Source: Bacillota bacterium (GTDB taxonomy: Bacteria > Bacillota > Clostridia > Christensenellales > SZUA-584). Taken from it: a stretch of DNA of 64,000 nucleotides. This document shows, in pieces, positions 58,983 to 64,000 of the stretch (position 1 is the stretch's first letter; every line of letters begins with the position of its first letter). The stretch is taken from contig JAEZHF010000051.1 of assembly GCA_023416745.1 (NCBI GenBank), positions 140 through 64,139 of the forward strand, given 5' to 3'. Both the position numbers and the translations under genes were made by a program. Below the pieces are notes generated by a model. It saw only the letters and a program-made list of their open reading frames with translations, made no database searches and was not told where the DNA came from.

Positions 58983-60190
58983 CAGCTTGATCCCGCTAAG
59001 AAACCCGTAGAAAATGCGATTTGCAGGTTGTATCCACCTGTCAGCGCATCTACGTCGATCACCTCTCCGGCAAAGTACAGCCGCGGACACAGGCGGCTCT
59101 GCATAGTTGACGGATCAATCTGCTTAACGGATACGCCGCCGCGTGTGATAACGGCCTCATCTATGGGACGTTTGCTCTTGATATCGAACCGAAGCGCCTT
59201 TAATATGCTGACCAACCGCGTGCGCTGTTCTTTTGTCAGACTGTTCACCTTGAGTTCAGGGTCTGTGCCGCATGCCAAGCAGAAATACGGCACTAGGCTG
59301 GTGGGCAGCAGCCCGCCCAGCATGTTCGCGAAATTCTTGTTGGGCGCATCGCTGATGTCTCGCACCACGCGTTTGTCCAGCGTCTTCTCGTCCAGCGCCG
59401 GTTTTAAATCTATGACAACACTGTACGCGCCTTCGTCCTTAACATAGGCGCTGGCTGACAACACCAGCGGCCCCGAGATGCCGGTGTGCGTGAAGAGCAT
59501 TTCACCCTGTTGTTGGTACAGTTTTCGTTTACCCTCACACAGCGTGAGTGAAACGTTTTTGAGCGTCAATCCCGCGAGCTCTCTCACATCCTCCTCGATG
59601 TCCAGCCCGACCAGCGATGCCGATGCGGGCGATATGCTGTGCCCTGCATCCTTTGCGAACGCGTAACCGTCCCCAGTAGAGCCGGTGGATGGGTACGATA
59701 ACCCTCCCGTCGCCAGTATCACGCTGTCGAACCGCGTCTGTTTGCCGTCCACACGCACCCCTGCGGCATGGCCATCCTCCAGCAGCAGACTTTGCACGGC
59801 GGCGTTCAACACCACCTTCACGCCCGCGCTCTCCACAGCCCGCACCAGCGCTTTTGTGACATCGCTCGACTTGTCGGATTCCGGGAACACCCGCCCGCCG
59901 CGCTCCGTTTTGGTGATGAGGCCGAAGCGGCCCAGCAGCTCAAGCAGTGCCTTGTTATCAAGCGTATAAAAGGCGCTATACAAAAAGGCGCCGTTGGTCA
60001 CGACGCTCTCAAAAAAATCCTCTATCGGCGCGGCGTTGGTGATATTGCAGCGCCCTTTTCCCGTCAGATACAGCTTCTTTCCCAACTTGGCATTTTTCTC
60101 AAACAGTGTAACACTGTGGCCCTTAGATGCCGCTGCGTACGCTGCCATCATGCCGGCAGGTCCGCCGCCCACCACGCAGATTTCACTCAT
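58979..60190 (-). CDS. HI0933-like FAD-dependent oxidoreductase
   Basis: N-terminal VVGGGPAGMMAA dinucleotide fold. Family-typical GKGRCNITN motif. Confidence 0.75.
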   Translation of the reverse strand: MSEICVVGGGPAGMMAAYAAASKGHSVTLFEKNAKLGKKLYLTGKGRCNITNAAPIEDFFESVVTNGAFLYSAFYTLDNKALLELLGRFGLITKTERGGRVFPESDKSSDVTKALVRAVESAGVKVVLNAAVQSLLLEDGHAAGVRVDGKQTRFDSVILATGGLSYPSTGSTGDGYAFAKDAGHSISPASASLVGLDIEEDVRELAGLTLKNVSLTLCEGKRKLYQQQGEMLFTHTGISGPLVLSASAYVKDEGAYSVVIDLKPALDEKTLDKRVVRDISDAPNKNFANMLGGLLPTSLVPYFCLACGTDPELKVNSLTKEQRTRLVSILKALRFDIKSKRPIDEAVITRGGVSVKQIDPSTMQSRLCPRLYFAGEVIDVDALTGGYNLQIAFSTGFLAGSSC

Positions 60191-61056
60191 TTATGATCAT
60201 CCTTACCTGTATAAACATCGTGCTTGCGCCACAGGTCCTCCAGCATCTCGAAGTTCTGGCGCAGCCCATCCTTCTTGCGCATACCCACCAGCAGCACCAG
60301 CGTGTTGATAACGCTCAAGGGCACCACCAGCGAATCAACGAACAGGTTCATGTCCGAGTTGACAAACAAGCAGTCGTCCGCCATTGTGGCCAGCGGCGAC
60401 ATTTCGTTGTCCGTGATCGCGATCACCTTCGCTCCGTTTTGCTTGGCGAAGTTCGCACCGTCCACCGTGCGCGACGAATAGCGCGGGAAGCTGATTGAGA
60501 TGACGAGGTCTCCCTTGGTGGCGTGCATCAGCTGGCCGAATATGTCCCCGCCGATGCTGGACGTCACCAAACTGGTGTTACTGACGATATAGTTCAGGTA
60601 ATACCAGAAGAACTGCGCCAGCGGCGCGCTGGAACGCAGTCCCATAATGTACACGTGGTTGGCGGACAATATGCTGTCGGCCACCTTCTGCACCATCGTA
60701 TAGTCCAGCACCTCGCGGATGTGCCGCAGGCTGGTGATGTCGTTTCTGAGCGACCATTTGACCAGCTCTTCCTCGGTCATGTCGCTTCCGAGACCCATGC
60801 GCTGCACGTTGGTCAGCCGTGTGCGGATCAGCTCCTGCAGCTTCTTTTGCAGCTCCGGATAGCCATCGAACCCGAGTGCGCACGCGAACCGCACGACGGT
60901 GGATTCGCTGACGCCGACGGTATCACCCAACCTCGATGCAGTGATAAAGGCGGCGGTATCGTAATGGTCGATGATATAGGCAGCAATGGCGCGATGGCCT
61001 TTGCTCATCGTGTTCTGCCGCTCTCTGATGACCTTGATGATATCGTTTCCTTGCAT
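60187..61056 (-). CDS. MurR/RpiR family transcriptional regulator (HTH + SIS)
   Basis: HTH_6-like N-terminus and a SIS domain. Start trimmed to MQGNDI. ATGA overlap with the downstream oxidoreductase. Confidence 0.8.
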   Translation of the reverse strand: MQGNDIIKVIRERQNTMSKGHRAIAAYIIDHYDTAAFITASRLGDTVGVSESTVVRFACALGFDGYPELQKKLQELIRTRLTNVQRMGLGSDMTEEELVKWSLRNDITSLRHIREVLDYTMVQKVADSILSANHVYIMGLRSSAPLAQFFWYYLNYIVSNTSLVTSSIGGDIFGQLMHATKGDLVISISFPRYSSRTVDGANFAKQNGAKVIAITDNEMSPLATMADDCLFVNSDMNLFVDSLVVPLSVINTLVLLVGMRKKDGLRQNFEMLEDLWRKHDVYTGKDDHK

Positions 61057-61105
61057 TTTTAATCCCCCAATATGCAATAACACGATTTATTGTATCATCA
61101 TATCG

Positions 61106-61879
61106 TCATAAATGCAATTTTATTTTGTCAATCCTGCATACAAGCGCGTTTAATCTGTCTTTATCAGTCAGGTTGTACCGGATGGGAACGACGGAAGCGT
61201 ATCCGCGCCTCATCAGACTGACATCAGTATCCTCTACGGTGTTATCTTCTTGCAGCGTTCCGGCCATCCATATGTATTGATGGCCGCGCGGGTCGCTGCG
61301 CACATCCATTTTGTCGTTGTATACCGTCTTGCCCTGGCTCGCCGCACGTATGCCTTTGATCTCCTCCAGCGGTAGGTCAGGTACGTTCAGGTTGTGTAGC
61401 ACGCCCTCCTCTTCGAAGGGAATGCCGCTGTCGATCACGCGCGCAGCCACTTCAGCCGCAGCATCCAAATTCTTTGGATAGTAGGATCCGATGGATACAG
61501 CCAGTGCATGGCAGCCCATGATCACTGCGTCCAGCGCAGCAGCCACCGTGCCTGAGTAAATGATATCCGAACCCATGTTATGGCCGTGGTTGATGCCGGA
61601 CACCACCAGATCGACGTTGCCTTCCATCACATGTTTGATGCCGACCTTCGTACAGTCCACAGGCAGCCCGTCCACCACGAAGCAGCGTATACCCTCAAGA
61701 CCCGCCGGTTCCGTTTTGATCACGCGCAGCGGCCTGTAAAGTGTGATGGAATGAGAGGTCGCACTCTTTTCGGAATCGGGCGCCACCACCGTCACATCGT
61801 GCTCCCGTGCAAGACGGGACGCCAGCACGCGTATCCCCTTCGCATGTATACCATCGTCATTCACTATTAATATACGCAT
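61106..61879 (-). CDS. surE: 5'/3'-nucleotidase SurE
   Basis: MRILIVNDDGIHAKG N-terminus, typical of SurE. Confidence 0.9.
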   Translation of the reverse strand: MRILIVNDDGIHAKGIRVLASRLAREHDVTVVAPDSEKSATSHSITLYRPLRVIKTEPAGLEGIRCFVVDGLPVDCTKVGIKHVMEGNVDLVVSGINHGHNMGSDIIYSGTVAAALDAVIMGCHALAVSIGSYYPKNLDAAAEVAARVIDSGIPFEEEGVLHNLNVPDLPLEEIKGIRAASQGKTVYNDKMDVRSDPRGHQYIWMAGTLQEDNTVEDTDVSLMRRGYASVVPIRYNLTDKDRLNALVCRIDKIKLHL

Positions 61880-61884
61880 ATTGT

Positions 61885-61915
61885 CCTCCTGTACCGTTTG
61901 TTATTGTACAGGAGG
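61885..61915 (-). promoter_or_regulatory. SD-sequestering hairpin at surE
   Basis: Perfect 10-bp inverted repeat CCTCCTGTAC-11 nt-GTACAGGAGG. The 3' arm is the surE SD and the 5' arm overlaps the promoter spacer and -10. Confidence 0.55.
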
Positions 61916-61932
61916 CTTCCCTCGCCTGTCAA
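61903..61932 (-). promoter_or_regulatory. sigma-A type promoter of surE
   Basis: TTGACA-18 nt-TACAAT on the minus strand, 23 nt upstream of the surE ATG. Confidence 0.5.
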
Positions 61933-61939
61933 CGTCGCG

Positions 61940-63079
61940 TCATGAGAACAGCCACCACTTGAGTATCCGCTCCAGCGCGTTGGAGAAGTCCAGTACGTCT
62001 ACGTTATCCTTGGCTACCGCGTCCACGCGGCCGATCTCCTCGCCATCCAGCATGATTCGCAGGTACCCCAGTTTCTGCCCCTCCTCAATGGGGGCACTCA
62101 CGTTTTCCAGCAGCACTAATTCCTTTTCCAGTGTGCCCTCCTTGCCCTTCTCGATCAGCGCCGAGAAATCGTCCGCAGCGTAAACATTGATGAACGGAGC
62201 GGAACCGCCCGCCACCGCCAGATTCTTCGCCAGCTGCTGCCCTTCCCGCACGATATTCTTGGCTGTGAAGCCCGCAAAGGCAAAATCAAACGCGGCTTTG
62301 GCGTCGTCAAAGCGAGTGCTGGAGTTTGCGGAGCCCAGTGACACAAATATGAACCGGCCACCGCTGCGCTTGACGGATGCTGCCAGACAGTATCCGGCCG
62401 TGGGCGTGGAGCCGGTTGCGAAACCATCCGTGCCCTCATAGAAGCGCACGAGCCGGTTCTGGTTCACCATTTCTGTTTCGCGTCCGTCCGGATGGACGTA
62501 ATTCTCCATGTAGATGCCGCTCCAAGTATAAAGCAGGTCGTACTTGGCCAGCTCCTGACAGACCGATGCCACATCGCGCGCGGTCATCGTCTTGTCCGAG
62601 CCCAGACCTGTCGCGTTGGTGAATCGGCCCTTGAGTCCCAGCACTTCCGCCTTCTTGTTCATCATGTCCACAAAGGCATCCTCGCTGCCCGCCACCTTTT
62701 CCGCCAGCGCTACTGTAGCGTCGTTGGCGCTGCACACCACCATGGCTTTGAGCAGGCTCTCAACGGGATGCGACGTGTTGACGTCCAAAAACACCTGTGT
62801 ACCGCCCATCGATGCGGCATGATCGCTGACTGTCACCGGCTCCGTCATCGATATGCGCCCCGTCTTCACCGCGTCGAATATCAACAGCATCGACATCGTT
62901 TTGACAACACCCGCGCACTCCATCGGCTCGTCCGCATTCTTTTCGGACAGCACGTTTCCCGAGCCCGCGTCCACCAGTATCCATGCTTTCGCCTGGCACT
63001 CAAGGCCTTCCGCATTTACGGCCATCAGCGGTGCACACAGCGTGATGACGACCAGCATCACGATCAATATCTTTTTCAT
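61940..63079 (-). CDS. secreted D-alanyl-D-alanine carboxypeptidase (S11/PBP5) homologue with degenerate active site
   Basis: Signal peptide. Colinear with DacA/DacF-type PBPs including the PBP5 C-terminal domain, but SxxK is AGVVK and KTG is ATG. SxN is retained (SAN). Confidence 0.75.
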   Translation of the reverse strand: MKKILIVMLVVITLCAPLMAVNAEGLECQAKAWILVDAGSGNVLSEKNADEPMECAGVVKTMSMLLIFDAVKTGRISMTEPVTVSDHAASMGGTQVFLDVNTSHPVESLLKAMVVCSANDATVALAEKVAGSEDAFVDMMNKKAEVLGLKGRFTNATGLGSDKTMTARDVASVCQELAKYDLLYTWSGIYMENYVHPDGRETEMVNQNRLVRFYEGTDGFATGSTPTAGYCLAASVKRSGGRFIFVSLGSANSSTRFDDAKAAFDFAFAGFTAKNIVREGQQLAKNLAVAGGSAPFINVYAADDFSALIEKGKEGTLEKELVLLENVSAPIEEGQKLGYLRIMLDGEEIGRVDAVAKDNVDVLDFSNALERILKWWLFS

Positions 63080-63133
63080 ATTCCCTACCTCTTAATAATG
63101 CTTTTTTGTTAGTTTCTCCCGAAGAAATGAGAC

Positions 63134-63163
63134 TATTCTGATTGGGGAACTTCTTCTGAATGC
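63134..63163 (-). promoter_or_regulatory. forespore sigma (F/G)-like promoter candidate for the dac-like gene
   Basis: GCATT-18 nt-CAGAATA, compared with the remembered GnATR-N18-CATnnTA. Confidence 0.25.
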
Positions 63164-63197
63164 CGCCAGTTTTTACAAACTGTTCATCGGCAATATG

Positions 63198-63226
63198 TTG
63201 AATACTGGATATTGACTGTATATAAT
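63198..63226 (+). promoter_or_regulatory. promoter placing the transcription start at the ATG of the NlpC/P60 gene
   Basis: TTGAAT-17 nt-TATAAT. The -10 ends 6 nt before the ATG at 63233. Confidence 0.5.
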
Positions 63227-63232
63227 GATAGC

Positions 63233-63937
63233 ATGAAAGTATACAAAAAAATTCTGCCGGGTTTGGCTGCAATTGTATTTGCCCTATCGTTCCTCCTGAC
63301 GGGATGCGCGCCCTCGCCGGAGGAAACCGAGCGGGAAACCAAATACTACGAACTAAAATATGCCGACGAGCCGGAGCCGGAAGGCAATGTGGCAAAGCTG
63401 CTCGAAGTGCTGGATGGTTGCGTGAGCGGACTATATATATTCGCCGGTCAAGGCAATCAGGTCACCCGCCCTTTTATCGACACGATGTATGACAAGTATC
63501 CCGATTATTTCTCGGACGGTCGCTTGGAATATTTTCAGCAGATCGCGGACGACGCAGAGCAAAACGGATGGAACTATCCCGATGACTACTCATGGGATTG
63601 CAGCGGCCTTTGGTGGTACGCCGCTTCCGATGTGCTGAACCTTTACGGCGAGCAGACCGACAGGACTGCGCATGATACCTATCACGATTACTGCACCCCC
63701 ATCACCAAGGACGAACTGCGCCCCGGCGATATCGTCTTCATCGAAGGCGTGGACGGACGCATCACGCATATGGGCATTGTAGGCCGACACGGTTACATCT
63801 ACGAAGCGGTCAGCGGCTTTTGCGGCGTCGTGCTCAAACGTACCATTGATAAGCGTGTGTACGACAATATCGTCAACGGCGGCGTATACGTGGGTACCAA
63901 CTGGAACAAGTTCGGCAGGCCTAAGATATTTGAATAA
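63233..63937 (+). CDS. NlpC/P60-family lipoprotein (cell-wall peptidase)
   Basis: Lipobox LLTGC. Catalytic Cys (WDCSGLWWY) and His (ITHMGIV). The ATG has no SD and sits 7 nt after a TATAAT. Confidence 0.7.
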   Translation: MKVYKKILPGLAAIVFALSFLLTGCAPSPEETERETKYYELKYADEPEPEGNVAKLLEVLDGCVSGLYIFAGQGNQVTRPFIDTMYDKYPDYFSDGRLEYFQQIADDAEQNGWNYPDDYSWDCSGLWWYAASDVLNLYGEQTDRTAHDTYHDYCTPITKDELRPGDIVFIEGVDGRITHMGIVGRHGYIYEAVSGFCGVVLKRTIDKRVYDNIVNGGVYVGTNWNKFGRPKIFE

Positions 63938-63963
63938 GGCTGTATGCTCAGAGTTGAAAACTT

Positions 63964-64000
63964 AAAAGCGAGCGGATATGTGATGTGTCCGCTCGCTTTT
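63964..64000 (+). terminator. intrinsic terminator after the NlpC/P60 gene (runs into window end)
   Basis: AAAAGCGAGCGGA-11 nt-TCCGCTCGCTTTT. Confidence 0.7.

Overview
Core chromosomal segment of a GC-rich, endospore-forming anaerobic Firmicute, Clostridia-like (gpr and spoIIP are present, with an electron-bifurcating [FeFe]-hydrogenase and a flavodiiron protein). I call about 63 protein genes. I could not recognise any rRNA, tRNA, CRISPR array, transposase, integrase or phage gene. Main blocks: pncB-lgt; class II RNR; murI-spoIIP-gpr; a complete 10-gene pyrimidine operon (pyrR-pyrP-pyrB-pyrC-pyrF-carA-carB-pyrK-pyrD-pyrE) with a clear PyrR attenuator; an IPMS-family synthase with an aminotransferase; a hydC-GHKL-fdx-hydB-hydA bifurcating hydrogenase operon; fprA-thiI-nifS; clpX-clpP-tig; argGH; proA; rqcH; yajC-tgt-queA-ruvBAC; infC-rpmI-rplT; and surE with a dac-like gene. 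The most interesting locus is a five-gene module (26574-29700) directly upstream of hydABC: DRTGG, an RsbW-like GHKL kinase, a HydS-like sensory [FeFe]-hydrogenase, a second DRTGG, and a PHP phosphoesterase. It looks like an H2/redox-sensing phospho-signalling system that lacks the usual partner-switching or two-component outputs. Other points worth a second look: the catalytic HydA has Ser where the CpI Cys300 cubane ligand should be. A DD-carboxypeptidase homologue has lost both its catalytic Ser and the KTG Lys. The murI and surE promoters (and weakly lgt) are embedded in hairpins that would sequester the Shine-Dalgarno only in read-through transcripts. An NlpC/P60 lipoprotein gene appears to be leaderless. 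A zf-HC2 anti-sigma gene has an ECF-type promoter but no adjacent sigma gene. Many ORF-track starts were trimmed to starts supported by a ribosome-binding site. All homology calls come from motif recognition by eye, not from database searches.
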